From NCBI RefSeq assembly GCF_016903815.1, contig NZ_CP069973.1: a DNA stretch of 64,000 nt. One strand, given 5' to 3'. The position numbers and the translations under genes are program-made. This document shows, one piece after another, positions 1-11,421 of this stretch (positions within the stretch are counted from its first letter, which is position 1; every line of letters starts with the position of its first letter). The stretch is from Escherichia coli. Its GTDB lineage: Bacteria; Pseudomonadota; Gammaproteobacteria; Enterobacterales; Enterobacteriaceae. The notes under the pieces are model-generated. The model saw only the letters and a program-made list of their open reading frames with translations. It was not told the origin of the DNA and did no database searches.

Positions 1-1
1 C

Positions 2-937
<936 letters not shown>

Positions 938-957
938 TACCCAATTTTTCTGAATCT

Positions 958-984
958 AAAAAGCGCCTGCGGGCGCTTTTTTTG
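958..984 (+). terminator. rho-independent terminator after serS
   Basis: GC hairpin GCGCCTGCGGGCGC followed by a T-run (TTTTTTTG). Confidence 0.7.
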
Positions 985-1175
985 TCTCCCTTTGATACCG
1001 AACAATAATTACTCCTCACTTACACGTAATACTACTTTCGAGTGAAAATCTACCTATCTCTTTGATTTTCAAATTATTCGATGTATACAAGCCTATATAG
1101 CGACCTGCTATAGAAATAATTACACAATACGGTTTGTTACTGGAATCAATCGTGAGCAAGCTTGAGTGAGCCATT

Positions 1176-3620
1176 ATGAAAACGAAAATCCCTGATGCGG
1201 TATTGGCTGCTGAGGTGAGTCGCCGTGGTTTGGTAAAAACGACAGCGATCGGCGGCCTGGCAATGGCCAGCAGCGCGTTAACATTACCTTTTAGTCGGAT
1301 TGCGCACGCTGTCGATAGCGCCATTCCAACAAAATCAGACGAAAAGGTTATCTGGAGCGCCTGTACAGTTAACTGTGGTAGTCGCTGCCCGCTACGTATG
1401 CACGTCGTGGACGGTGAAATCAAATATGTTGAAACGGATAATACTGGCGATGACAACTATGACGGCCTGCACCAGGTGCGCGCCTGTCTGCGTGGTCGTT
1501 CCATGCGTCGCCGTGTCTACAATCCGGACCGCCTGAAATATCCGATGAAACGAGTCGGGGCGCGCGGTGAAGGCAAATTCGAGCGCATTAGCTGGGAAGA
1601 AGCCTACGACATCATCGCGACCAATATGCAGCGCCTGATCAAAGAGTACGGCAACGAATCCATCTATCTGAACTATGGCACCGGTACGCTGGGTGGCACC
1701 ATGACCCGCTCCTGGCCGCCGGGAAATACCCTGGTCGCTCGCCTGATGAACTGCTGCGGCGGTTATCTGAACCATTACGGTGACTACTCTTCCGCGCAAA
1801 TTGCGGAAGGTTTGAACTATACCTACGGCGGCTGGGCAGATGGTAACAGCCCGTCGGATATCGAAAACAGTAAACTGGTAGTGCTGTTTGGTAATAACCC
1901 TGGCGAAACGCGAATGAGTGGCGGTGGGGTGACTTACTATCTTGAACAGGCGCGTCAGAAATCTAATGCTCGCATGATCATCATCGATCCGCGCTATACC
2001 GACACCGGAGCCGGGCGCGAAGATGAGTGGATCCCTATTCGTCCGGGAACAGATGCCGCACTGGTTAACGGTCTGGCGTATGTCATGATCACCGAAAACC
2101 TGGTGGATCAGGCATTCCTCGATAAATATTGCGTTGGCTACGACGAGAAAACACTGCCTGCCAGTGCGCCGAAAAATGGTCACTATAAAGCTTATATTCT
2201 GGGTGAAGGGCCAGATGGCGTAGCTAAAACGCCGGAATGGGCCTCGCAAATCACCGGTGTTCCGGCAGACAAAATCATCAAATTGGCTCGTGAAATCGGT
2301 AGTACCAAACCGGCGTTTATCAGCCAGGGATGGGGCCCGCAGCGTCACGCTAACGGTGAAATCGCAACCCGTGCTATCTCGATGCTGGCGATTCTGACCG
2401 GTAACGTTGGTATTAATGGAGGGAACAGCGGCGCGCGTGAAGGTTCATACAGCTTACCGTTTGTGCGTATGCCGACCCTCGAAAACCCGATCCAGACCAG
2501 CATTTCTATGTTTATGTGGACCGATGCCATTGAACGTGGCCCGGAAATGACAGCGCTGCGTGATGGTGTGCGCGGGAAAGATAAGCTGGATGTGCCGATC
2601 AAAATGATCTGGAACTATGCCGGTAACTGCCTGATTAACCAGCATTCTGAAATCAACCGTACCCATGAAATCCTTCAGGATGATAAGAAGTGCGAGCTGA
2701 TTGTGGTTATCGACTGCCACATGACCTCATCGGCGAAATATGCTGACATCCTGCTGCCTGACTGCACCGCTTCCGAACAGATGGACTTTGCACTGGATGC
2801 ATCCTGCGGGAATATGTCTTACGTGATTTTCAACGATCAGGTGATTAAACCGCGCTTTGAATGTAAGACCATCTATGAAATGACCAGCGAACTGGCAAAA
2901 CGTCTTGGCGTTGAGCAACAGTTTACTGAAGGCCGTACCCAGGAAGAGTGGATGCGGCATCTGTATGCCCAGTCGCGGGAAGCGATTCCTGAACTGCCAA
3001 CGTTTGAAGAGTTCCGCAAGCAGGGGATCTTTAAAAAGCGCGACCCACAAGGGCATCACGTTGCTTATAAAGCCTTCCGTGAAGATCCGCAGGCAAATCC
3101 ACTGACCACGCCATCGGGTAAAATTGAGATTTATTCGCAGGCGCTGGCTGACATTGCCGCTACCTGGGAATTGCCAGAAGGCGATGTGATCGATCCACTG
3201 CCGATCTACACGCCGGGCTTTGAAAGTTATCAGGATCCGCTGAACAAACAGTATCCGCTGCAGCTTACGGGTTTCCACTATAAATCTCGCGTTCACTCAA
3301 CTTACGGCAACGTTGATGTGCTGAAAGCGGCTTGCCGTCAGGAAATGTGGATCAACCCGCTTGATGCCCAAAAACGCGGTATCAACAACGGCGATAAAGT
3401 CAGGATCTTTAACGATCGTGGTGAGGTTCATATTGAGGCGAAAGTGACGCCACGAATGATGCCGGGTGTGGTCGCACTGGGTGAAGGTGCCTGGTATGAC
3501 CCGGATGCAAAACGTGTCGATAAGGGAGGTTGTATCAACGTACTGACCACTCAACGTCCGTCTCCTCTCGCTAAGGGGAATCCGTCACATACAAACCTTG
3601 TTCAGGTTGAAAAGGTGTAA
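1176..3620 (+). CDS. dmsA: anaerobic DMSO reductase catalytic subunit A (molybdopterin oxidoreductase, Tat signal)
   Basis: 814 aa; N-terminal twin-arginine signal (SRRGLVKT), Cys cluster (CTVNCGSRC) typical of molybdopterin oxidoreductases; followed by dmsB and dmsC. Confidence 0.93.
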   Translation: MKTKIPDAVLAAEVSRRGLVKTTAIGGLAMASSALTLPFSRIAHAVDSAIPTKSDEKVIWSACTVNCGSRCPLRMHVVDGEIKYVETDNTGDDNYDGLHQVRACLRGRSMRRRVYNPDRLKYPMKRVGARGEGKFERISWEEAYDIIATNMQRLIKEYGNESIYLNYGTGTLGGTMTRSWPPGNTLVARLMNCCGGYLNHYGDYSSAQIAEGLNYTYGGWADGNSPSDIENSKLVVLFGNNPGETRMSGGGVTYYLEQARQKSNARMIIIDPRYTDTGAGREDEWIPIRPGTDAALVNGLAYVMITENLVDQAFLDKYCVGYDEKTLPASAPKNGHYKAYILGEGPDGVAKTPEWASQITGVPADKIIKLAREIGSTKPAFISQGWGPQRHANGEIATRAISMLAILTGNVGINGGNSGAREGSYSLPFVRMPTLENPIQTSISMFMWTDAIERGPEMTALRDGVRGKDKLDVPIKMIWNYAGNCLINQHSEINRTHEILQDDKKCELIVVIDCHMTSSAKYADILLPDCTASEQMDFALDASCGNMSYVIFNDQVIKPRFECKTIYEMTSELAKRLGVEQQFTEGRTQEEWMRHLYAQSREAIPELPTFEEFRKQGIFKKRDPQGHHVAYKAFREDPQANPLTTPSGKIEIYSQALADIAATWELPEGDVIDPLPIYTPGFESYQDPLNKQYPLQLTGFHYKSRVHSTYGNVDVLKAACRQEMWINPLDAQKRGINNGDKVRIFNDRGEVHIEAKVTPRMMPGVVALGEGAWYDPDAKRVDKGGCINVLTTQRPSPLAKGNPSHTNLVQVEKV

Positions 3621-3630
3621 GGAGTAACCG

Positions 3631-4248
3631 ATGACAACCCAGTATGGATTTTTTATTGATTCCAGCCGTTGCACCGGTTGCAAAACCTGCGAGCTGGCCT
3701 GTAAAGACTATAAAGATCTGACGCCGGAAGTCAGCTTCCGCCGCATTTATGAATATGCTGGTGGCGACTGGCAGGAAGATAACGGTGTCTGGCACCAGAA
3801 CGTGTTTGCCTACTATCTGTCGATTTCGTGCAACCACTGCGAAGATCCGGCTTGTACTAAAGTCTGCCCGAGCGGTGCGATGCATAAACGTGAAGATGGT
3901 TTTGTTGTGGTCGATGAAGATGTGTGCATTGGCTGCCGCTACTGCCATATGGCTTGCCCGTATGGCGCACCGCAATATAACGAAACGAAAGGCCATATGA
4001 CCAAATGCGATGGTTGTTATGACCGTGTTGCGGAGGGTAAAAAGCCGATCTGTGTTGAATCTTGTCCGCTGCGGGCGCTGGATTTCGGCCCTATCGACGA
4101 GCTGCGTAAAAAACATGGCGATCTGGCGGCCGTTGCGCCGTTGCCGCGAGCTCACTTTACCAAACCGAATATTGTGATCAAACCCAATGCCAACAGCCGC
4201 CCGACCGGGGATACCACTGGCTATCTGGCAAACCCGAAGGAGGTGTGA
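3631..4248 (+). CDS. dmsB: DMSO reductase iron-sulfur subunit B
   Basis: 205 aa; multiple 4Fe-4S ferredoxin Cys motifs (CTGCKTCELAC, CNHCEDPACTKVCP, CIGCRYCHMACP). Confidence 0.93.
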   Translation: MTTQYGFFIDSSRCTGCKTCELACKDYKDLTPEVSFRRIYEYAGGDWQEDNGVWHQNVFAYYLSISCNHCEDPACTKVCPSGAMHKREDGFVVVDEDVCIGCRYCHMACPYGAPQYNETKGHMTKCDGCYDRVAEGKKPICVESCPLRALDFGPIDELRKKHGDLAAVAPLPRAHFTKPNIVIKPNANSRPTGDTTGYLANPKEV

Positions 4249-4249
4249 G

Positions 4250-5113
4250 ATGGGAAGTGGATGGCATGAATGGCCGCTGATGATCTTCACGGTCTTCGGG
4301 CAATGTGTAGCGGGTGGTTTTATCGTTCTGGCTTTGGCGCTGCTCAAAGGCGACCTGCGAGCAGAAGCCCAGCAGCGTGTTATTGCCTGCATGTTTGGTT
4401 TATGGGTGCTGATGGGCATTGGCTTTATCGCCTCTATGCTTCATCTTGGTTCACCGATGCGCGCCTTTAACTCGCTCAACCGGGTAGGGGCTTCAGCACT
4501 CAGTAACGAAATCGCCAGCGGTTCGATCTTTTTTGCTGTTGGTGGCATCGGCTGGTTGCTGGCAATGCTGAAAAAGCTGTCACCGGCATTGCGTACGCTC
4601 TGGCTGATAGTGACGATGGTTCTTGGCGTCATCTTTGTCTGGATGATGGTGCGTGTGTATAACAGCATTGATACCGTTCCGACCTGGTACAGCATCTGGA
4701 CGCCGATGGGCTTCTTCCTGACGATGTTTATGGGCGGCCCGTTACTGGGTTACCTGTTGCTGAGTCTGGCTGGCGTCGATGGCTGGGCGATGCGTCTGCT
4801 GCCAGCCATTTCTGTACTGGCACTGGTAGTGAGTGGCGTGATGTCAGTGATGCAGGGCGCAGAGCTGGCGACTATTCATAGTTCTGTGCAGCAGGCCGCA
4901 GCGCTGGTGCCGGACTATGGTGCGCTGATGTCCTGGCGGATCGTGCTTTTGGCTGTTGCCCTGTGTTTGTGGATTGCACCACAGCTAAAAGGTTATCAGC
5001 CTGCGGTTCCGCTACTATCCGTCTCATTCATTCTGCTTCTGGCAGGAGAATTAATCGGCCGCGGCGTATTCTATGGTTTGCATATGACCGTGGGGATGGC
5101 CGTCGCAAGCTAA
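4250..5113 (+). CDS. dmsC: DMSO reductase membrane anchor subunit C
   Basis: Polytopic hydrophobic protein; start chosen at internal Met (MGSGWHEW...) to give 287 aa, the ORF track has a longer upstream start overlapping dmsB. Confidence 0.85.
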   Translation: MGSGWHEWPLMIFTVFGQCVAGGFIVLALALLKGDLRAEAQQRVIACMFGLWVLMGIGFIASMLHLGSPMRAFNSLNRVGASALSNEIASGSIFFAVGGIGWLLAMLKKLSPALRTLWLIVTMVLGVIFVWMMVRVYNSIDTVPTWYSIWTPMGFFLTMFMGGPLLGYLLLSLAGVDGWAMRLLPAISVLALVVSGVMSVMQGAELATIHSSVQQAAALVPDYGALMSWRIVLLAVALCLWIAPQLKGYQPAVPLLSVSFILLLAGELIGRGVFYGLHMTVGMAVAS

Positions 5114-5118
5114 TCAGT

Positions 5119-5152
5119 AACAACCGGGGTTTCGACCCCGGTTCTCTTTTAT
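5119..5152. terminator. bidirectional terminator between convergent dmsC and ycaC
   Basis: Hairpin AACCGGGGTTTCGACCCCGGTT with T-rich flank. Confidence 0.6.
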
Positions 5153-5775
5153 TTCTGCTTCGTTAATGTGTCATAACTGGTCATCAAATTACGATAATCA
5201 GGAATGTGGTTAGAGAACAACGTCGCCAGTCCTTCAATATCATTACGCCAGTCACGGTGCAGCTCGCAAGCCACGCCGAACCATGTCATCAATTGCGCAC
5301 CAGCTTGCGACATGCGATCCCACGCCGAATGCCGGGTAATTTCATTAAAGGTCCCTGATGCATCAGTCACGACAAATACATCAAATCCCTCTTCAATGGC
5401 TGAAAGCGCCGGGAATGCCACGCAAACTTCGGTTACCACACCGGCAATAATTAACTGTTTTTTACCTGTCGCTTTGACAGCTTTTACAAAATCTTCGTTA
5501 TCCCAGGCGTTAATATTTCCCGGGCGAGCAATGTAAGGTGCATCGGGGAACTGTGTTTTCAGTTCTGGAACTAATGGGCCGTTAGGACCGGTTTCAAAAC
5601 TGGTGGTAAGAATAGTAGGTAAGTTGAAATACTTAGCCAGGTCGCCCAGCGCCAGCACGTTATTTTTAAACTTATCGGGTTCGATATCCCGTACAAGGGA
5701 AAGTAAACCAGCCTGGTGATCAACAAGCAAAACGGCAGCATCATTTTTATCAAGACGAACATACGGTTTGGTCAT
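5149..5775 (-). CDS. ycaC: isochorismatase-family hydrolase
   Basis: 208 aa; isochorismatase-like fold signature (AVLLVDHQ..., catalytic Cys region GVVTEVCV); position after dmsC matches E. coli gene order. Confidence 0.85.
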   Translation of the reverse strand: MTKPYVRLDKNDAAVLLVDHQAGLLSLVRDIEPDKFKNNVLALGDLAKYFNLPTILTTSFETGPNGPLVPELKTQFPDAPYIARPGNINAWDNEDFVKAVKATGKKQLIIAGVVTEVCVAFPALSAIEEGFDVFVVTDASGTFNEITRHSAWDRMSQAGAQLMTWFGVACELHRDWRNDIEGLATLFSNHIPDYRNLMTSYDTLTKQK

Positions 5776-6089
5776 CCTCTTCTCCTTTCGAGAGTCAGTG
5801 GTACGTCTGAAATCGGTCAGACGCGATGCATTGCTCTGAAAGCATAGACGGGAAATATGAGTTTGCTGTGACCATGAAATTTTTCGACTGAACGAAGCGT
5901 ATGAAATTTGTATTAGATCAATAAAAACAATCAGATGAGATTAATCGTCTCTCCAGCATTAGCGTTATGAATGAGTAATATAAATCGATAATACCTCCGC
6001 TGCGATATGCGCGTATTTTCACCCATTGACAATGTTTTTGGCGGTGGCATGATGCGCATGAAATTTGAACTTCCTCACGGTTTTAATTC

Positions 6090-7238
6090 ATGTCCACGTA
6101 TACCCGGCCTGTCATGCTTTTGCTGTCTGGCCTGCTTTTGTTGACTCTGGCGATCGCAGTGTTAAATACACTCGTACCGCTTTGGCTCGCCCAGGAACAC
6201 ATGTCCACATGGCAGGTAGGCGTTGTCAGCTCATCCTATTTTACCGGCAACCTGGTCGGTACATTGCTGACAGGGTATGTCATTAAGCGCATTGGCTTTA
6301 ACCGCAGCTATTATCTGGCCTCCTTCATTTTTGCCGCTGGCTGTGCCGGCCTTGGTCTAATGATTGGATTCTGGAGCTGGTTGGCTTGGCGTTTTGTCGC
6401 CGGCGTCGGCTGTGCCATGATTTGGGTGGTTGTTGAGAGCGCGCTGATGTGCAGTGGGACGTCACGTAACCGTGGGCGTTTGCTTGCTGCGTATATGATG
6501 GTTTATTACGTGGGAACGTTTTTAGGCCAGTTACTGGTCAGCAAAGTTTCAACCGAGCTGATGTCCGTATTGCCGTGGGTTACAGGTTTGACGTTGGCAG
6601 GGATCTTACCGTTGTTGTTTACGCGTGTGCTGAATCAGCAGGCTGAAAACCATGATGCGACGTCAATTACGTCAATGCTAAAACTCCGTCAGGCGCGGCT
6701 TGGCGTGAATGGCTGCATTATCTCAGGAATCGTTCTGGGATCTCTATATGGCCTGATGCCGCTGTACCTCAATCACAAAGGGGTGAGCAATGCCAGCATT
6801 GGTTTCTGGATGGCGGTACTGGTCAGTGCGGGTATCCTTGGACAATGGCCGATTGGACGTCTGGCGGATAAGTTTGGTCGACTGCTGGTGTTGCGTGTTC
6901 AGGTCTTTGTCGTCATTCTCGGCAGTATCGCGATGCTTAGCCAGGCGGCGATGGCCCCAGCGTTATTCATCCTCGGTGCCGCTGGCTTTACGCTATATCC
7001 GGTGGCGATGGCATGGGCTTGCGAGAAAGTTGAACATCATCAACTGGTGGCGATGAACCAGGCCTTACTGTTGAGCTATACCGTGGGAAGTCTGCTTGGC
7101 CCGTCATTTACTGCCATGCTAATGCAGAATTTCTCCGATAATTTATTGTTTATCATGATCGCCAGCGTATCGTTTATCTATTTGCTGATGCTGCTTCGCA
7201 ACGCCGGTCATACGCCGAAACCCGTTGCTCACGTGTAA
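6090..7238 (+). CDS. ycaD: MFS-family transporter
   Basis: 382 aa, about 12 predicted TM helices; synteny. Confidence 0.85.
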   Translation: MSTYTRPVMLLLSGLLLLTLAIAVLNTLVPLWLAQEHMSTWQVGVVSSSYFTGNLVGTLLTGYVIKRIGFNRSYYLASFIFAAGCAGLGLMIGFWSWLAWRFVAGVGCAMIWVVVESALMCSGTSRNRGRLLAAYMMVYYVGTFLGQLLVSKVSTELMSVLPWVTGLTLAGILPLLFTRVLNQQAENHDATSITSMLKLRQARLGVNGCIISGIVLGSLYGLMPLYLNHKGVSNASIGFWMAVLVSAGILGQWPIGRLADKFGRLLVLRVQVFVVILGSIAMLSQAAMAPALFILGAAGFTLYPVAMAWACEKVEHHQLVAMNQALLLSYTVGSLLGPSFTAMLMQNFSDNLLFIMIASVSFIYLLMLLRNAGHTPKPVAHV

Positions 7239-7447
7239 ATGAATTCAAGCAGAGTGTGAACTTACTGTTTCACACTCTGCTTTTTTGTTTCTTCTATCTG
7301 ACTTGCTTTATTCCAAATTTTATTCGTTTAAAAATAAAATGTGCAGCAGATTATAATTTTGCATTTCGCTATTTCCGCACTTCTTATTTGCCGCGCATAA
7401 TCCCTCGTTTTACAGATGCCCCTTTAATTTTGGCGAAGGATTTGTCT

Positions 7448-8878
7448 ATGGCTGGGAATGTTCAGGAAAAACAGCTGCGATGGTACAACATTGCGCTGAT
7501 GTCTTTTATCACTGTCTGGGGTTTTGGCAACGTTGTTAATAACTACGCCAACCAGGGGCTGGTGGTTGTTTTTTCATGGGTGTTTATCTTTGCGCTCTAT
7601 TTCACACCTTATGCGCTAATTGTTGGTCAGTTAGGCTCGACCTTCAAAGATGGGAAGGGCGGGGTCAGTACCTGGATTAAACACACGATGGGACCCGGAC
7701 TGGCTTACCTCGCCGCGTGGACCTACTGGGTAGTGCATATTCCCTATCTGGCACAAAAACCCCAGGCAATACTGATTGCGCTCGGTTGGGCGATGAAAGG
7801 CGACGGTTCGTTAATCAAAGAATATTCAGTCGTAGCGTTACAGGGGTTAACGCTGGTGCTGTTTATCTTCTTTATGTGGGTTGCTTCACGCGGTATGAAA
7901 TCGCTGAAAATCGTCGGTTCTGTGGCAGGGATTGCGATGTTTGTTATGTCGCTCCTGTATGTGGCGATGGCGGTAACCGCGCCTGCAATTACTGAAGTGC
8001 ATATTGCGACCACAAACATTACCTGGGAAACGTTCATTCCTCATATCGACTTTACCTACATTACCACTATTTCAATGCTGGTTTTCGCGGTTGGCGGAGC
8101 AGAGAAGATTTCTCCTTACGTTAATCAAACGCGCAACCCAGGAAAAGAATTTCCAAAAGGGATGTTATGCCTGGCGGTGATGGTTGCGGTTTGTGCCATT
8201 CTGGGCTCACTGGCGATGGGGATGATGTTTGACTCGCGTAATATCCCGGATGACTTAATGACTAACGGTCAGTATTACGCCTTTCAGAAGCTGGGCGAGT
8301 ATTACAACATGGGTAATACTTTAATGGTGATTTATGCCATTGCGAATACCCTGGGACAAGTAGCTGCGCTGGTATTCTCGATTGATGCGCCGCTTAAAGT
8401 GTTATTAGGCGATGCTGACAGCAAATATATTCCAGCCAGTTTATGTCGTACCAACGCTTCTGGTACGCCCGTTAATGGCTATTTTCTGACCCTGGTGCTG
8501 GTGGCGATTCTGATAATGCTACCGACTCTCGGCATTGGTGATATGAACAATCTCTATAAATGGCTGTTGAACCTTAATTCGGTAGTGATGCCGCTGCGTT
8601 ATTTATGGGTATTTGTTGCATTTATTGCAGTCGTTCGCCTGGCGCAGAAATATAAACCAGAATATGTCTTTATTCGTAATAAGCCGCTGGCAATGACCGT
8701 CGGAATTTGGTGTTTTGCCTTTACCGCTTTTGCCTGCCTGACTGGTATTTTCCCGAAAATGGAAGCCTTCACCGCAGAGTGGACATTCCAGTTGGCGCTG
8801 AATGTTGCAACGCCGTTTGTGCTGGTAGGATTAGGGCTGATATTCCCGCTGCTGGCGCGTAAAGCGAATGGTAAATAA
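7448..8878 (+). CDS. ycaM: APC-family amino-acid transporter (putative)
   Basis: Polytopic membrane protein; start moved to internal Met (MAGNVQEKQ...) giving 476 aa; the ORF track's 64-residue N-extension is AT-rich leader. Confidence 0.78.
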   Translation: MAGNVQEKQLRWYNIALMSFITVWGFGNVVNNYANQGLVVVFSWVFIFALYFTPYALIVGQLGSTFKDGKGGVSTWIKHTMGPGLAYLAAWTYWVVHIPYLAQKPQAILIALGWAMKGDGSLIKEYSVVALQGLTLVLFIFFMWVASRGMKSLKIVGSVAGIAMFVMSLLYVAMAVTAPAITEVHIATTNITWETFIPHIDFTYITTISMLVFAVGGAEKISPYVNQTRNPGKEFPKGMLCLAVMVAVCAILGSLAMGMMFDSRNIPDDLMTNGQYYAFQKLGEYYNMGNTLMVIYAIANTLGQVAALVFSIDAPLKVLLGDADSKYIPASLCRTNASGTPVNGYFLTLVLVAILIMLPTLGIGDMNNLYKWLLNLNSVVMPLRYLWVFVAFIAVVRLAQKYKPEYVFIRNKPLAMTVGIWCFAFTAFACLTGIFPKMEAFTAEWTFQLALNVATPFVLVGLGLIFPLLARKANGK

Positions 8879-9044
8879 TTATTGTGGTCGGTGACGCTGA
8901 CTCTGGCAGATCTGACCCGTTTTTACATAATCGAGAAATGCGCGTAAGCCGCAGGACATATACTGGCGGTTTGGGTAATACATTTGGAAGCTGTGCTGTA
9001 AGGGCGTTAGAAATAGAGCTCTGAATTATTTATGCAGAGCGGAA

Positions 9045-9078
9045 TAAAAAAGCGGCAACTCAAAAAAGTTGCCGCTTT
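9045..9078. terminator. bidirectional terminator between ycaM and pflA
   Basis: Hairpin GCGGCAAC...GTTGCCGC flanked by A-run and T-run. Confidence 0.6.
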
Positions 9079-9087
9079 ACGGGGAAA

Positions 9088-9885
9088 TTAGAACATTACC
9101 TTATGACCGTACTGCTCAAGAATGCCTTTCACGCGTTCCATGGTCTCTTTCTTCGGTGGTTTAACACCATCAAGTTTGTATTCTTCACCCATCGCCACCC
9201 ATTTGTGTTTGCCAAGTTCGTGGTAGGGGAGAAGCTCGATTTTCTCAACGTTGCCCATATCACGGGTAAATTCACCGAGGCGATGCGCTGAATCGTCATC
9301 GTCAGACCAGCCTGGGACAACAACGTAGCGGATCCACACCTTCACATTTTTGTTCGCCAGATATTTGGCGAACTCCAGCGTGCGGTGGTTTGAAACTCCA
9401 ACCAGATTTTGGTGGATCTCGTCGTTCATCTGTTTGAGATCGAGCATTACCAGGTCGGTTACTTCCAGCAGTTCATCAATCACCGGATCGTAACGACGAA
9501 CAAAACCGTTGGTGTCCAGACAGGTATGAATGCCTTCTTTTTTGCAGGCGCGGAACCAGTCACGAACAAACTCAGCTTGCAGGATTGCTTCACCGCCGGA
9601 TGCGGTAACGCCGCCGCCGGAAGCGTTCATAAAGTGGCGATAGGTCACCACCTCTTTCATTAAATCTTCAACGGTAACTTCTTTACCGCCATGCGTGTCC
9701 CAGGTGTCGCGGTTATGACAATACAGGCAGCGCATCAGGCAGCCCTGGAAAAAGGTGATAAAGCGAATACCCGGGCCGTCTACGGTTCCACAGGATTCAA
9801 AGGAGTGAATGCGACCAATAACTGACTTGGTAGCCCCCGCCGCAGCGGTATTTTCTGTTGTATTACAATTAGTTAAATTACTCAT
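9088..9885 (-). CDS. pflA: pyruvate formate-lyase activating enzyme (radical SAM); 5' end rebuilt by prophage-derived sequence
   Basis: Radical-SAM CxxxCxxC motif (CLMRCLYC) and body of PflA from ...[22 protein letters not shown]; the first 20 codons ([20 protein letters not shown]) lie in prophage-side sequence upstream of the att core. Confidence 0.85.
   Translation of the reverse strand: MSNLTNCNTTENTAAAGATKSVIGRIHSFESCGTVDGPGIRFITFFQGCLMRCLYCHNRDTWDTHGGKEVTVEDLMKEVVTYRHFMNASGGGVTASGGEAILQAEFVRDWFRACKKEGIHTCLDTNGFVRRYDPVIDELLEVTDLVMLDLKQMNDEIHQNLVGVSNHRTLEFAKYLANKNVKVWIRYVVVPGWSDDDDSAHRLGEFTRDMGNVEKIELLPYHELGKHKWVAMGEEYKLDGVKPPKKETMERVKGILEQYGHKVMF
9814..9826. repeat. attL core (13-bp direct repeat ACCAATAACTGAC)
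   Basis: Identical 13-mer at 43269-43281 at the opposite prophage end; lies within pflA codons 2-5 (native numbering). Confidence 0.6.
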
Positions 9886-9916
9886 ATCGCTTCAATTGGC
9901 TCTAGTTAACTCTGGT

Positions 9917-10912
9917 TTATGGACGCATTATGGACATTCCTGACACCGGGTTAAGAGTCACAGCATCTTGTAAGAAATCCGGTGCAAAGTGTGCGTAGGT
10001 CATAGTTTGCTGAATGTTAGAATGACCCAGGATGCGCTGCAATGTGATTATGTTACCTCCATTCATTATAAAATGTGTGGCAAATGTATGCCTCAAAACA
10101 TGCACTGCCTGTCCGTCAGGTAAATCGGGTTTTACTTCCCTGAGAGCGTTGCGCACTTTGTAGTAACTGGCATTAAAAAGCCTGCCTGAATTTTTGGTCT
10201 TGATCCGTTTAATCAGGTCCTGCGAAACGGGAATTGTCCTGCGCTTTCCGTTTTTAGTTTTCATAAACGTAACCATCTGGTTAATGATGTGTTCAGCTTT
10301 CAAATTAGACACTTCACTCCAGCGTCCACCAGTAGAAAGGCAGACCAGAGTTGCATTTAACTCATCACCATCAAGCATGGATAACAGCCGCGTAATCTCT
10401 TCACTGGACAAAAAAGCCATTTCCGTAACAGCTTCACGTAACCGCTTAACCTCACGGAACGGGTTGTGAGAGTGATATTCACCGGCGTCAATTAACTTGG
10501 TGAACATCCCGCTCATTATTGCCAGATGCCGATTTACGCTGGCTGGTTTTAGGCCATCGTTCATCATTACAACGCGATAATCAGTTATCGTTTTCTTTGT
10601 TAGCTGGTCCGCCCTGGACACTCCCATCTCGGCAAATTTGGCGATTATTGTCGTCAAACGCCCTCGTTCAATATCTCCACGCTCATGTGATTTTCCGTGA
10701 TATATCCACCATCTGCCTAACAACTCTGTAAGAGTTCGGCGGTCGGCCGGCTTCTCCAACCACTCTTTGTTGTGGTAGTTAACCAGGACATGACGTTCGA
10801 ATGCTTGAGCTTCACCTTTAGTTTTAAATTTCCGCCTGATACGTTTTCCATCTGCACCCTGCGGTCTGACGTCCACTTCATAACGACCATCATCGAGCTT
10901 TTTAATAGACAT
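9917..10912 (-). CDS. int: phage tyrosine integrase
   Basis: 331 aa; C-terminal catalytic region with HVLRHTFAT...GHSNIQQTMTYAHF (R-H-R-Y type); adjacent to att core. Confidence 0.9.
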   Translation of the reverse strand: MSIKKLDDGRYEVDVRPQGADGKRIRRKFKTKGEAQAFERHVLVNYHNKEWLEKPADRRTLTELLGRWWIYHGKSHERGDIERGRLTTIIAKFAEMGVSRADQLTKKTITDYRVVMMNDGLKPASVNRHLAIMSGMFTKLIDAGEYHSHNPFREVKRLREAVTEMAFLSSEEITRLLSMLDGDELNATLVCLSTGGRWSEVSNLKAEHIINQMVTFMKTKNGKRRTIPVSQDLIKRIKTKNSGRLFNASYYKVRNALREVKPDLPDGQAVHVLRHTFATHFIMNGGNIITLQRILGHSNIQQTMTYAHFAPDFLQDAVTLNPVSGMSIMRP

Positions 10913-11005
10913 AAAGCCCTCCGATGACGCTGTTTACTTCTACTACTTGAAAATTAATGCAATTTTCTTTCGTACATTTACTGCACACATATGCTGAATA
11001 AATCG

Positions 11006-11317
11006 TCAGCCAGTCTTTTGGTCTGAGTGGTGCAAGGTTGTTGAGTCTTGCCCAATGTGCGCGAGCGCCGGGGCTATTTGTCCGCCAGCGGGATCAGTTT
11101 CATCAAACATGAACCAGTCACGGTACTTGCGAAATCTTTCTGGCTTGAAAAATTTCATACCTGCGTCAAAAGACATCTTTACTTTTCCCTGCTCATATCC
11201 AGCATAGGTGTTGTAGTTAATTCCAGTTAATTCAGCAACTTGCTTCCTTGTCATTCTTTCTGATTCCCGAATAAGTGCGAGTTTCTCTGCTTGAGATGTG
11301 ATTTGTGTATTTGACAT
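11006..11317 (-). CDS. phage immunity repressor (P2 C-like, HTH)
   Basis: Small HTH protein (MTRKQVAELTGINYNTYAGYEQG) divergent from the early operon, next to int as in P2; start codon uncertain (11317 or 11365). Confidence 0.6.
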   Translation of the reverse strand: MSNTQITSQAEKLALIRESERMTRKQVAELTGINYNTYAGYEQGKVKMSFDAGMKFFKPERFRKYRDWFMFDETDPAGGQIAPALAHIGQDSTTLHHSDQKTG

Positions 11318-11421
11318 GAATTGTCGTATCTCGTAATTTATGTTGTATGCGACACGCCAGAACAACGCAGAGCGGCTTCAAATAGCTCTGATTGAATGGC
11401 ACCAAAGTTGAGGATATCAAA

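Noticed and set aside
1016-1456. 146-aa minus-strand ORF across the serS-dmsA intergenic region and dmsA 5' end
   Set aside because: Runs through the AT-rich dmsA promoter/leader and the dmsA Tat signal region; no coding signal.
1392-2348. 318-aa minus-strand ORF inside dmsA
   Set aside because: Antisense shadow ORF within a well-supported molybdoenzyme gene.
3571-4419. 282-aa minus-strand ORF overlapping dmsB and the start of dmsC
   Set aside because: Out-of-frame antisense ORF; dmsB ferredoxin motifs on the plus strand explain the region.
7256-7447. N-terminal extension of ycaM given by the ORF track (start at 7256)
   Set aside because: Extension is AT-rich leader with no transporter-like sequence; the internal Met gives the expected size.
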